Positions 38,750 through 48,385 of a stretch of DNA of 64,000 bases are shown here, one piece after another (position 1 is the stretch's first letter; the number at the start of each line of letters is the position of its first letter). Source of the DNA: Dehalococcoidia bacterium (lineage in GTDB: Bacteria; Chloroflexota; Dehalococcoidia; UBA6926); assembly GCA_963666115.2 (NCBI GenBank), contig CAXXET010000007.1:96001-160000 (forward strand). Direction: 5' to 3'. The translations under genes were made by a program, and so were the position numbers. A model generated the notes under the pieces. The model was not told the DNA's origin and ran no database searches. It saw only the letters and a program-made list of their open reading frames with translations.

Positions 38750-39481
38750 ATGTCCAGAGACACGGTACGCATCCTCCACACGTCGGACGTGCACATCGGC
38801 GCGTTCACGGAGCGCTGGTCGCCCCAGCCCCGCAAGTGCCTCCACGCCTTCAAAATCGTCGTGGACCGCGCGCTTGAGGAAAAGGTGGACGCCGTCCTCA
38901 TTGCCGGCGATTTCTTCGACCACAACCGCATTCGGGCGGATGTGGCGGACTACGTGATGGAGCAGCTTGAACGCCTGCCGATGCCGACGGTCATCCTGCC
39001 CGGCAACCACGACCCGCTCGAACAGAACTCCGTCTACTGGCGGATGGACCTGGAGGGCCGCACGCCCAACGTCTACCTGATCAAGGACCCGGAGGGCGAG
39101 ACGGTGACGTACCCGGAGCTTGGCATCGCCGTGTGGGGCAAGCCGCACATCAGCTACGACGACGTGGACCTCTGCCCCCTCAAGGAGCCGCCGCCCCCCG
39201 GGCCGGAGCCCTGGCAGATCGCCATGTGCCACGGCCACTACGTGCGCGACGCGGCGGACGCGGGGCGCTCCTACCCCATCTTCCCTGCGGAGATCGCCAA
39301 CTGCGGGCGCGATTACGTCGCGCTCGGCCACTGGGACGCCCACATGGACATCAGCGAGGGCGACGTGGTGGCCTACTACCCCGGCTCCCCCACGTGGGTG
39401 GGCCTCTCCTCCATCGTCGAGTTCTCAGACCCAAACGGCGCCCGCTCAGTAACAGTAACCTCCTTCCCCGTCTCCCCCTAA
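38750..39481 (+). CDS. SbcD/Mre11-like metallophosphoesterase
   Basis: ILHTSDVHIG, IAGDFFD, LPGNHD, HG, YVALGHW and YPGSP. Confidence 0.88.
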   Translation: MSRDTVRILHTSDVHIGAFTERWSPQPRKCLHAFKIVVDRALEEKVDAVLIAGDFFDHNRIRADVADYVMEQLERLPMPTVILPGNHDPLEQNSVYWRMDLEGRTPNVYLIKDPEGETVTYPELGIAVWGKPHISYDDVDLCPLKEPPPPGPEPWQIAMCHGHYVRDAADAGRSYPIFPAEIANCGRDYVALGHWDAHMDISEGDVVAYYPGSPTWVGLSSIVEFSDPNGARSVTVTSFPVSP

Positions 39482-39563
39482 TGTGACACGACCATTTGCC
39501 CCAAGCCCCCCATCCGCGTTACAACCCCATCAGACGACCAATCAACTGATGGGAGGAACTGCC

Positions 39564-40019
39564 ATGACCACGACGAATGAGCATGAGACGACCGCCGCAG
39601 AAGAGCGCGAACAGCCCACAGACCCCGAACAGCCAACCGTTGAGGAACTCAAATCCGAGTTGGCCGCCCGTGATGAGCGCGTCGCCGCCCTCGAAGAACA
39701 AGTAATCACGCTCGAACGCGAGCTCTCAACGACAGTCTCCCGCTACCGCCTCGCCCTCCTGGACGCCGCCCCGGAAATCCCCGGCGACCTGGTCAGCGGC
39801 AGCTCCGCCGAAGAACTCGAAACCTCCCTGGCAAAAGCAAAGGAAGTAGTAGACCAAGTCCGAACCCGCCTCCTAGAAGGCATGGAGTCCGCGAACGAGA
39901 ACACGGAGCAGCAGTCCGCTCACGGCATCCCCGCAGGCGCGCCGCCGCGAGCCCTCAACGACGCCTCAACAGACCTCACAACCAGGGACAAAATCGCCCT
40001 CGGCCTGGAAAGGCTCTAG
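39564..40019 (+). CDS. Coiled-coil protein resembling a phage capsid scaffold
   Basis: SD GGGAGG, acidic coiled coil, RYR..L....PEIP.DLV.G...EEL..SL..A and a C-terminal PAGAPPR....LT.RDKI..GL. Confidence 0.55.
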   Translation: MTTTNEHETTAAEEREQPTDPEQPTVEELKSELAARDERVAALEEQVITLERELSTTVSRYRLALLDAAPEIPGDLVSGSSAEELETSLAKAKEVVDQVRTRLLEGMESANENTEQQSAHGIPAGAPPRALNDASTDLTTRDKIALGLERL

Positions 40020-40199
40020 GGGAGGCGCCTCCCCTCATTCCGGCGAAAGCCGGAATCCATCGGATTTGTCATTCTGAGCGCCCTTGGTGTCATTCTGAGC
40101 GCAGCGAAGAATCCAAAGCCCCAATTACCCATGCCGTTCACCCTGAGCGCAGTCGAAGGGCGCCCCTCCGTTTTTCCCGCGAAAACGGGAATCCATCGG
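40018..40199. repeat. Composite cluster of REP-like palindromes
   Basis: An 18-bp perfect palindrome (40018-40035), family A copies (40035, 40170), family B copies (40067 partial, 40087) and GTTCACCCTGAGCGCAGTCGAAGGG (40136). Confidence 0.85.
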
Positions 40200-40300
40200 G
40201 CCGCAGCTCTCCGGCCGCAATAACCGCGTGGGCGCTTGAGTTGACTTCTCTTAGCATTACAGTATTATAGCAATGTAGTAAGCAGGGCCATGGAGGGAAA

Positions 40301-40879
40301 ATGCCGCAGATTCTATTGACCGACGAAACATGGGCGAGGCTAAAGGGCCGAGCCGAGCCGTTTGAAGACACTCCTGACGATGTCGTACGGCGGCTACTGG
40401 ATGCGACGGACAACCAAGACCTGCCTGACGGCAAGGACGGATATGCAACAGGTAAAGTTCAGTCTCTGGACACACCTTTGCCTAGTGTTGTTACAGCTGG
40501 CCACCACTCAAACACACCCTCGATCACCGGTGCCCCTGCGCCTCAGAAACGCCGTCACTCTCGGCTGGGGCACGGGCTCAAAGTGCCCCAAGGTGATTTT
40601 CGTAATCCCATCCTTATGGTACTCCAAGAGATGGAGGGGCGCGGTCATGCCCGAGAAGTGCTGAAGGCCGTGGAGCGCAGGATGAGTAACCGACTTTCGC
40701 ATGTCGATTATCAGATCCTCCCCAGTGGGCAGCAGAAGCGCTGGGAGAAGTCCGCTAACTGGGAGCGCCAGCAGATGGTCAATGATGGCCTGCTACGAAA
40801 CGATTCACAGAGGGGCGTCTGGGAGTTGACCGAAGCCGGCTGGGCAGAGGCCCGCAAGATCAAGGGCGCAGGGGAATGA
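40301..40879 (+). CDS. RHH/SeqA-N-like + Mrr-N winged-helix protein (no nuclease domain)
   Basis: N-terminal LTDETWARL...AEPFEDTPDDVVRRLL; C-terminal PIL..L....G....EV...RW.....W.RQ.MV..GLL.....RGVWELT. Upstream TTGACT (40241)/TATTAT and GGAGG. Confidence 0.75.
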   Translation: MPQILLTDETWARLKGRAEPFEDTPDDVVRRLLDATDNQDLPDGKDGYATGKVQSLDTPLPSVVTAGHHSNTPSITGAPAPQKRRHSRLGHGLKVPQGDFRNPILMVLQEMEGRGHAREVLKAVERRMSNRLSHVDYQILPSGQQKRWEKSANWERQQMVNDGLLRNDSQRGVWELTEAGWAEARKIKGAGE

Positions 40880-41067
40880 TGTACTCATCGCACAGATACG
40901 GACAATGCATGACCAAGAGTTATCGGACTATCTGCCGCTATTGCCGTAAGCCCGTAGTGTACTGGGAGTGTTTCCACGGCTCCAGGGTGTTCTTCGACCC
41001 GTCCGACCGTGGCGAAGGCAAGCATTCCTGCAATCAATACTACGTCAGTCGACGATGGCGATGGTGA
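40876..41067 (+). CDS. Small Cys/His zinc-finger-like protein (possibly truncated)
   Basis: ATGA-coupled to the previous gene; CRYCRKPVVYWECFHGSRVFFD...KHSC. Confidence 0.5.
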   Translation: MMYSSHRYGQCMTKSYRTICRYCRKPVVYWECFHGSRVFFDPSDRGEGKHSCNQYYVSRRWRW

Positions 41068-41101
41068 TGCTTACGTATACGACCCTTATCCAGACAGGGC
41101 C

Positions 41102-41124
41102 AGATTCCCGCTTTCGCGGGAATG
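41102..41124 (-). repeat. REP-like palindrome, family A (inverted)
   Basis: AGATTCCCGCTTTCGCGGGAATG. Confidence 0.85.
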
Positions 41125-41178
41125 CGAGCGAGGAGCGCGACAGCTGCGCCTCATCCCGTCCTGTACAATAAAACCATC

Positions 41179-41538
41179 ATGGGCGCCTTCGAAGTACGAA
41201 TGACCGTTTCCGATCCCTCCGGCGAAAACCCGCGAGAGGTCGACGCTCTCGTGGACACCGGATCGCGGCGCACCATGCTGCCTGGCGATATGCTGCACCG
41301 GATGCAAACGCCCGTTAAATGGCGGCGGCAATTCGAGATGGCGGATGGCCGCGTCGTCGAGATGGACATGGGAGAAGCGCGCGTTGCGGTCAACGGCCTC
41401 GACACCGTAACCCAGGTCATCTTCGGCCCGGACGGCTGCCAGCCGCTGCTAGGCGCGATAACCATGCAGGAACTGGACCTGATTGTCGATGTCCCCAACG
41501 AACGACTAAGGCACGACGCAGGGCCGTTTCATCTCTAG
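41179..41538 (+). CDS. Clan AA aspartic protease, second paralog
   Basis: ALVDTGS, FEMADG and PLLGAIT. Confidence 0.85.
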   Translation: MGAFEVRMTVSDPSGENPREVDALVDTGSRRTMLPGDMLHRMQTPVKWRRQFEMADGRVVEMDMGEARVAVNGLDTVTQVIFGPDGCQPLLGAITMQELDLIVDVPNERLRHDAGPFHL

Positions 41539-41553
41539 GGGCGCTCAGACCCC

Positions 41554-41985
41554 CTAAAGAATGATATCGATGACGTTGCTTCCCCCGACAGCATTCCTGA
41601 GCGTGGGTCCGAGGAGTTGCAACAGGTGAACGTCAACCCCCTGCCCCTGCAAGTCGCTGATCAAGCCTGAATAGCCGGTATCTCCGCTGATGAGGACGAA
41701 AACTGTTTCCTCCGGGTTTTGTCCGCACACGCTCTTGGCTTCGGCAATGAGCTTGTCATCCACGTTGTCGTCGATCGGTCGAGCCCGCCACCCAAGCTTG
41801 CTAAGTTCTTCGAGTGCCGCAGACTGATTCGTCCCGCCGAAAGCCTTGAACGTCTCAACCAATTCCCCTCCAAAGTGCCCTTGCAGCGCAGCCCTCATCC
41901 TGCGGCTCACGTCCTGAACACTCTTGGCGGCAACGCCCACGTTCTGGAAATCCCAAAAAACGAGCAACCGCGTCCGATTGGTCAT
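41554..41985 (-). CDS. NYN (LabA/PIN-like) domain protein
   Basis: VFWDFQN, NVDDKL and VLISGD.GY...I..L...GV.V. Confidence 0.78.
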   Translation of the reverse strand: MTNRTRLLVFWDFQNVGVAAKSVQDVSRRMRAALQGHFGGELVETFKAFGGTNQSAALEELSKLGWRARPIDDNVDDKLIAEAKSVCGQNPEETVFVLISGDTGYSGLISDLQGQGVDVHLLQLLGPTLRNAVGGSNVIDIIL

Positions 41986-42048
41986 TGAGTCGCCTCCTTC
42001 AAGAAATGCCAGGGAACAGTTTATCGCTCGGCTGCGTGGAGTGCATGA

Positions 42049-42789
42049 TCAGAATGACCCTCGTATGTCAGGCCTGTCAGAAACAAGCCGCGTCATCGCA
42101 GCCAGCGCATCTGTGACTTGTGCGTATGAGGAGAGAATCATTTCCCCTTGATTCGTCTTGAGCAGGACTTCAACCTCGTTGACCCTGCTGCCAATCGTAT
42201 TGACGTCAGTGTCCAGGACTTGGGCCACTTCCTGTTGCAGTTGTTCGGCGATCTCAACGACACATTCTTGCCGTATCTCAGATAGCGCGTCATCGCCCAG
42301 GCTCTCGAATATGACCAGGGAAGATGAGGCAGTAGGCTCAGCGGCATTTTCCGGCCAGTCGAACTCCACACCGTGTCCTCTCAGCACAGATGCCATGTGT
42401 TCAAAGGGAACATGAAACAACTCGACACCGAAACTCCGCATGAGGGCTTGGGACGGCGCGGACCACCTGCCTGCGAGAACGGCTATCGACTTGCGGATTG
42501 TGGGGTGGGACTTCCGCAGGTTGTAATGAGCGACACACAACCAGCTGCCCTTGTCCCTGTTGTGTTTCGTATACCTGATGTACTTGGGGTCAATCATGAT
42601 CACCGGCCGGTCATCACTGTCGAAGACCACGGCGTCGATCTGGTAATCGTTGCCCGTCCCGTTCCTGAGTCTCTCCGGGCGGATGCTGTACCCGCGAGCC
42701 TCTACGATCGGGCGCAGGGTTTCGCGGACAGCCTCCTCGAAGAGCTTGCCCACGGCTTCACCAAGAGCGCTGGCAGCATTTCTAGGCAT
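42049..42789 (-). CDS. Putative type II restriction endonuclease (PD-(D/E)xK)
   Basis: G..FE...QIDAV...IDPKY catalytic pattern, directly downstream of the MTase. Confidence 0.65.
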   Translation of the reverse strand: MPRNAASALGEAVGKLFEEAVRETLRPIVEARGYSIRPERLRNGTGNDYQIDAVVFDSDDRPVIMIDPKYIRYTKHNRDKGSWLCVAHYNLRKSHPTIRKSIAVLAGRWSAPSQALMRSFGVELFHVPFEHMASVLRGHGVEFDWPENAAEPTASSSLVIFESLGDDALSEIRQECVVEIAEQLQQEVAQVLDTDVNTIGSRVNEVEVLLKTNQGEMILSSYAQVTDALAAMTRLVSDRPDIRGSF

Positions 42790-42801
42790 CTAGGAGTTTC
42801 T

Positions 42802-44215
42802 TTACTTCGTTAGCGTGAGCACGCTCTCTCGCAGCGGAACCTTGTGCCGCTGGGGGTTGTGCCCCCACTTGCCGCCGCGAGTACGCAACTCTTCGACATC
42901 GTATGACGTAAAGCCGCTGGCCAACCCCAGCCGCCCAAGTATGTGCTCGGTGGCTACATGCACCCCGTATGGCGCCGAATCGCCGACGACCAGGACAAAG
43001 CGTCCGCCCGGTTTGAGCGCTCGTTCCGTGCTCTGCATAACACGAAGCATGTCCTCGAAGTAACCGGCAACCACATAATCGTAGGTTTTCTTGCCGCTCT
43101 TCACGGCCCGCATGTCAGCCAGGCGGCTGATGATGTCAGCCAGATCAGCGTGAACGTCGGGGGCCGCGGCGCGAATGCCCGGGCATTCACGCACACCATT
43201 CATTGCCGACATCGAAACTTGCGTTGTCGCCGCCATGACGAGGTGGTCCCGGATCTCACGCGTGATGTCCGCCCACGACGACATCTCACCCCAGAAATAC
43301 GTCTCCAGGCGCGTGCGGTCCGCGTAATCGTAGTTATTCAAATAGGGTGGTGACGTAACGACCAAATCCAGAACCTCTTCACCCGTATAGTCGCCAAATT
43401 GACGGGCATCGCCAAGCAGGACCTGGTGCGACGAAAAGGGCAACCCAAATCCCTGTACCACCTGCAGGTCGTCGAGCATCTTGTGGCATTGAATCTGAAA
43501 CTCGCTGAGCGCCTGCCGTTCCACCTTGCGTTCCGCGTACTTGCTCGGCGCGATGTACGGCCACCCGGCGCCCGCAGTCGTAACGACTCTCAATGTTGTG
43601 GTCAGCGCGAGCTTGAGAAAGTCCCGCGACTCCTCTGCCATATCAGTGTGTCCGATAACCTGCCTCAGCGCGGCGAGTTCCTGCAAATTACCCTGGCTGA
43701 AGCACTTGTAGATAAGCGCCGGCCAGATGCCCTCGTAGTCAGTCTTCCTCATGGCATCGCGGGCCCGGTCGAGTGTTTCTGCAACCAGCTTGGCAAGCCC
43801 GGCAAGGTCGTGATTGAGAAAGAGTTTCGTTCGTGCCACCCAGTGCACGAATCTGTGAGCCTCTACGCCAACCGAGTGGACGCCAAGCATACGTGCTGCG
43901 AGCGAGGTCGTGCCTGTGCCCAGGAATGGGTCGCCAACTGCATCTCCGGCGCCGATGCCATACTGGCTGATCTTTTGCCTCAACGAATTTGTGGGAGTAG
44001 CCTGCCGGATATGTGAACCAGCGGTGTATCGGAGCCTTTAGGCTGTCCTTGAAAGAACCGTAATCGCGGGTGTTGGCGGCCTCATCACTTGAGCCGGAGT
44101 TCGGGGCGGGGGCCGGCGCTCCTCGGGTGTAGATGGCCAGTGACTGTTGATCTCTTACCGCAACGGCATCGTCTCCGTTCGTAGCCAGGCCCCGAGACAC
44201 GCCGGTTGCAGTCAT
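42802..44215 (-). CDS. Amino (probably N4-cytosine) DNA methyltransferase, frameshift near 43980
   Basis: PIHRWFTYPAGYS, DPFLGTGTT (motif I), VTSPPYLNNYDY (motif IV) and LKPGG...VVGDS. Confidence 0.88.
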
Positions 44216-44264
44216 TATCGCCCTCACTCAGTACAAATGTGCCGACAGTGTATCACGAAAACAC

Positions 44265-44294
44265 GCCGCGCTCACCCCGTAGGGTGAGCGCGGC
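44265..44294 (-). terminator. Intrinsic terminator of the NMO pair
   Basis: GCCGCGCTCACCC/GGGTGAGCGCGGC 13-bp stem, followed on the minus strand by GTGTTTT. Confidence 0.75.
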
Positions 44295-44315
44295 ATCTTG
44301 GCTCAACTTTCCGCT

Positions 44316-45457
44316 CTACCGCAAATTCCCCTGCAACTCCTCGATCGTCTCCTCCGCGTCGTTCACCATCTCCATCAAAATCGTCCGCGCCGGCTTCCGC
44401 TCCTTCAGCATCCCGCCGATCTGCCCGGACGGATTCCCGATCAGATCGAGCCTGCCCGCCTTGCGCGCCGCTTTCGTGAACGGCTCCTGGATCAGGCCCT
44501 GCAGCGGCATCGGCAGCGCCTCCAGACCGGAGGCCGCCCACTTCAGCTTCACCGCGTTCTGGTACGCCCGCTGCTGCTTGCCGGACGAGAACTTGCTCGT
44601 CGTGAACTCATCCGAGCGCGCCCCCAGGATCTGGTCCTTGTGCGCGTCCGGGATGTTGTTCTCTTCCGCCACCAGGAAAGCCGTGCCGACCCAGCAGCCC
44701 TGCGCCCCAAGCGCCCGCCATACGCCGCCGCACGTGCCGCCCGGTCCCGATGCCGCCCCGCCGCAAGCACGGGCCGCGGGGACACCTCGTCCACTACCTG
44801 CGGCACCAGCACGAACGTGGAGATGTTTGCCCGTGTGGCCGCCCGCCTCCCGTGCCCTGCGCCGTGATGATGTCCACGTCCGCGGCAAACCTGCCGCTGC
44901 GCGTGGCGCACCGCGCCCGTCATGCCGATCAGCTTCATCCCCTGCGCGTGCGCCTGCTGCGCGAACCACTCCGGCGGCTCGCCCGTCGCTGCGGCGAACA
45001 GCGGCACCTTGTTGTCCAGGACGATCTCAAACTTCTTGCGCAGCAACTCCGTGGACATCGGCGGCTGCTCAGAGACTTCCTCCGCCTCGAACCCATATTC
45101 CTCAATGAGTTCCTGCACGAGCGCCACGTGCTGCGGGTACTGCGGCGCAACCTGCGCATACAGCTCCCGGTTGCTCGTCGCCGTCACCTCGGCTCGCGTT
45201 GCCGGAACCAGGAAGTCCACCCCGTACGGCTTGTCGCCCACGAGCGACTTCAGCCGGCGGATGCCCTCGTCCATCTCATCGAGATTGCGGAAATTGTCGC
45301 CCAGCACCCCAAGCGCCCCGGCGTTCGTGATCGCCGCCACCATCTCAACCGGTGTCGGCGCAAGGTCCTGGCTGCCGCCCACGGCCATGCCAGCCAGCAG
45401 TATCGGGTACTCCATGCCGAGCGTGTCGCACAGCGGTGTGTGTAGCCTGTTTGCCAT
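44316..45457 (-). CDS. Nitronate monooxygenase/FabK-family flavoprotein, paralog 2 (several indels at 44720-44900)
   Basis: YPILLAGM, AGALGVLG, GAVRHA, STFVLVPQV, ALGAQG.WVGTAF and LPMPLQ. Confidence 0.85.
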
Positions 45458-45473
45458 TGTGTCCTCCTATCCT

Positions 45474-46604
45474 CTAGCGCAGGTTGCCCTGCATCCGCTC
45501 GATGGTCTCCTCCGCCTCATTCACCATGTCCATCAGGATGTCGCGCGCCGGCCGCCGGGCCTTGAGCATCCCGCCCACCTGCCCCGCGCTCGCCGCGTCG
45601 ATGTCCAGCCGACCCGCCTGCCGCGCGCCCGCGTACAGCGGCTCCATCAGGATGCCCTGCAGCGGCATCGGCAGCGGCTCGATCCCGGACGCGGCCCACG
45701 CCTCCTTGACCGGCGTCTTGTAGCTGCGCGACTGCTTGCCGGTGTTGTACCTGGTCAGCGTGAAATCCTCTGACCGCGCCCCGACGATCTGCTCCTGGTG
45801 CTCCAGCGGAATCGCGTTCTCCTCCGCGACCAGGAACGCCGAGCCGATCCACACGCCCTGCGCGCCAAGCGCCATCGCGGCGGCAATCTGCCTGCCCGAC
45901 CCGACTCCGCCCGCCGCGAGCACGGGCGTATCCCCCATCGTATCCGCCACCTGCGGCACCAGCGGGAACGTCGCGATGTTGCCCGTGTGGCCGCCCGCCT
46001 CCGTGCCCTGCGCGATGACGAAATCCACGCCTGCGGCCTTCTGCCGCTGCGCGTGCCGCACCGCGCCGACAACCCCGCCAACCTTCATCCCGTGCGCGCG
46101 CGCCACGTCCATGATCATCGCGGGATCGCCCAGACCGGCGACGAAGATCGGCACGTTGTGATCCGCCACGACCTCGAACTGGCGGCGCAGCAAATCCGGC
46201 GACATCGCCTCCGCATCGTCATCGGCCAGCGCGACGTCCGGCAGGTTGTGCTCCTGGATCAACTCCTTGACGAAGCCGACGTGCTGCGGGTGCTCGCGTT
46301 CCAGCCGCTCCCGCACCATCGCCTTGGTGTCCTGCGCCCCCATCTCCGCCATCGTGGCAGGCAGCAGCAGGTCGATGCCCAAAGGCCCGCTCGAAAGCTG
46401 CTTGAACTCACGGATGCACCGGTCGATCGTGTCCGGCTTGCGGCTGCCGCATCCCATCACGCCCAGTCCGCCTGCCTCCGTGACGGCGGCGGCAAGCCGC
46501 GGCGGGCTGGGCATCCGGTCGTCCATCCCAAGCGACATCCCGGCCAGCAGAATCGGGTACTTGATTCCGAGCAAATCCGTTAACGGTGTCGTCAGACGAT
46601 CCAT
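45474..46604 (-). CDS. Nitronate monooxygenase/FabK-family flavoprotein, paralog 1
   Basis: YPILLAGM, AQGTEAGGHTG, VLAAGGVG.G and ALGAQGVWIGS. Confidence 0.9.
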   Translation of the reverse strand: MDRLTTPLTDLLGIKYPILLAGMSLGMDDRMPSPPRLAAAVTEAGGLGVMGCGSRKPDTIDRCIREFKQLSSGPLGIDLLLPATMAEMGAQDTKAMVRERLEREHPQHVGFVKELIQEHNLPDVALADDDAEAMSPDLLRRQFEVVADHNVPIFVAGLGDPAMIMDVARAHGMKVGGVVGAVRHAQRQKAAGVDFVIAQGTEAGGHTGNIATFPLVPQVADTMGDTPVLAAGGVGSGRQIAAAMALGAQGVWIGSAFLVAEENAIPLEHQEQIVGARSEDFTLTRYNTGKQSRSYKTPVKEAWAASGIEPLPMPLQGILMEPLYAGARQAGRLDIDAASAGQVGGMLKARRPARDILMDMVNEAEETIERMQGNLR

Positions 46605-46773
46605 CGTCTCATCCCCTCTCCCCAGTTCACCACACCACGCGCGCCGCATCCCAACGCGCCGCGCCTGTCACCAATCCACGCGAACGGTGACGGCTTATGG
46701 TAAACCCGCCATGCCCTCCCCGCAAGCGCGAGGCAGGACACGGCGGGTCAGCAGACAGGAGAAGGGCGTTCGA

Positions 46774-48226
46774 TTAGACGACGCTGGCGCGCTGCTGGCG
46801 GCCCACGTACCCCACCACAACCACCTTGCGCTCCTCATCCCATGTGAAGGCGACCCGGATCTGCCCGGGCGTTGCGCCCTGTGCCGCGCCCGATGTGCTC
46901 CTCCAGCGTGTACGTCTTTCCGTCGTCGTTCGTCTGGTAATCGGAGCGGTGCCTGCCGGGCGCGCCGTCAAGCTGCACGGGGCGGTAGCGCCAGCCGCAC
47001 GTCGTGAACAGCGACACGTCCAGGTTCCCCACGGGCTTCTCGCCCGTCCGCGAATTGCGGTACGTCGTCGCCAGCCACTCCAGCGCGCTGTACACCTGGT
47101 TCGGCTGGTCGAAGTACATCTTGTGCTCGGAACCGCTGTTCAGTGCGAGCCGCAGCTCGTCCGGCCACCGGTTCTCGACGAACTCCAGCACCGACGCCAC
47201 GTCGCCAAAGTCCGGCGGCGCGGCAAGCGTCTCCGCGATCTCCGGCTCCGGCGTGTCCTCCTCAACAACCTCGGCAACAGGTTCCTCAACCGCAACCGTC
47301 TCCGCCTCCTCCACCTCAACGATTTCGACGGCGGGCGGCGCGGCGGTTACCTCCGCCGCCGGCTCCTCAACCTCAACGGCGGCCGGGCCGTTGGATTCAG
47401 TCGCCTCATGGGTTGCCTTATGCTCGAGTATGAGCGCCTGGAAATATGCCTCTGTGGCCTGCGCGGCGCACCTAAGCTGCACATTCTCCCGTTGCAGCGC
47501 CTCCACCATCTCGCGCAGATACTGCTTCTCAGCCTCGTCAGCCGGGGACTCTTCATCGGATGGAATGATCTCCTCGATGATCGACTCCGCCTCGATAAGC
47601 GCCGCCGCTTCCTCCAACGCCTGCATCGCCAGCGCAATCTTGTCGCGCAGGTGGGAGCGGTCGTCCTGGGGCAGATCGACGGCGAGCGCTTGCGGCGCCG
47701 CCTCTACCTCCTCTTCGTGCTCCTCCTCAACGTCCGGCTCGTCCTCAATCTCCTGTAGCGATTCATGGAGAGTCAGCGCAATCATCAGGTTAACGTCGTC
47801 CGATGAATACTGCGGATGCGCCGACGCAAGCGTTGTCGATAGGTTCTCCCCGGGCGCGCCGAATGTGGAACCGCCGCTTTCGGCCACATCATCGACTGCC
47901 GCCTCCACGATTCCCCGCAGTTCAACCCGTGACTCGCGCCACACGGTCAGCACGGACTCGGCGATTGCATCGACAACAAGGGCCGCGTTTCGCACGGGCT
48001 GAATCAGCATGATGGCCGGCGCGTCCGGCACGTCCGACTCACGAAAGCCGCGAACGGACACGTGCCCGATCAGCGCGTTGTTCAGGGCAGCCCGCGCCTC
48101 TTCAGAAACGCGCGCCCTGTTGGCCAGCGCCCACCGCGCCACGTTTTTCTGGTGTTCCTCGTCCAAAGACTGGAAGATATCCGTGTGACCTGCCGCCCCG
48201 GTTTCCGGGCGCAATGCAACAACCAT
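46774..48226 (-). CDS. Acidic coiled-coil protein with a predicted RelE-like C-terminal domain (frameshift near 46870)
   Basis: SD GGAGG, a long Glu-rich middle, and a C-terminus EEHIGRGTG...IRVAFTWDEERKVVVVGYVGR completed in the 46774-46971 frame. Confidence 0.6.
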
Positions 48227-48385
48227 TCCCGTGTCCTCCTGTTTCCCACGCGCTTCCCTGCCGTCACCCTGACGGCTATTTAATGATAAACCAGCGGCGC
48301 AACGGCTTTCCTCACACAACCGGGGATCCTGGTTCTCCGGTTAGGATAGAGTCAAGGAATTACGCGCACCGAAAGGATCAAAACA

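Noticed and set aside
40018-40199. CRISPR array
   Set aside because: The units are heterogeneous palindromes without constant repeat-spacer periodicity, and no cas genes are present.
38613-44300. Integrative element with att sites at tRNA-Leu(TAA)
   Set aside because: No integrase is present, and I saw no duplicate of the tRNA 3' end downstream.
3840-46900. Many frameshifts (esterase, phosphoesterase, recQ, OB-fold, mutY, SBP, MTase, NMO, RelE-like) read as programmed frameshifting, phase variation or genome decay
   Set aside because: They are small indels scattered through unrelated genes, often at homopolymers, with no accompanying nonsense codons. Long-read consensus error is the simplest explanation; read mapping would be needed to rescue any of them, including the poly-C run near 31095.
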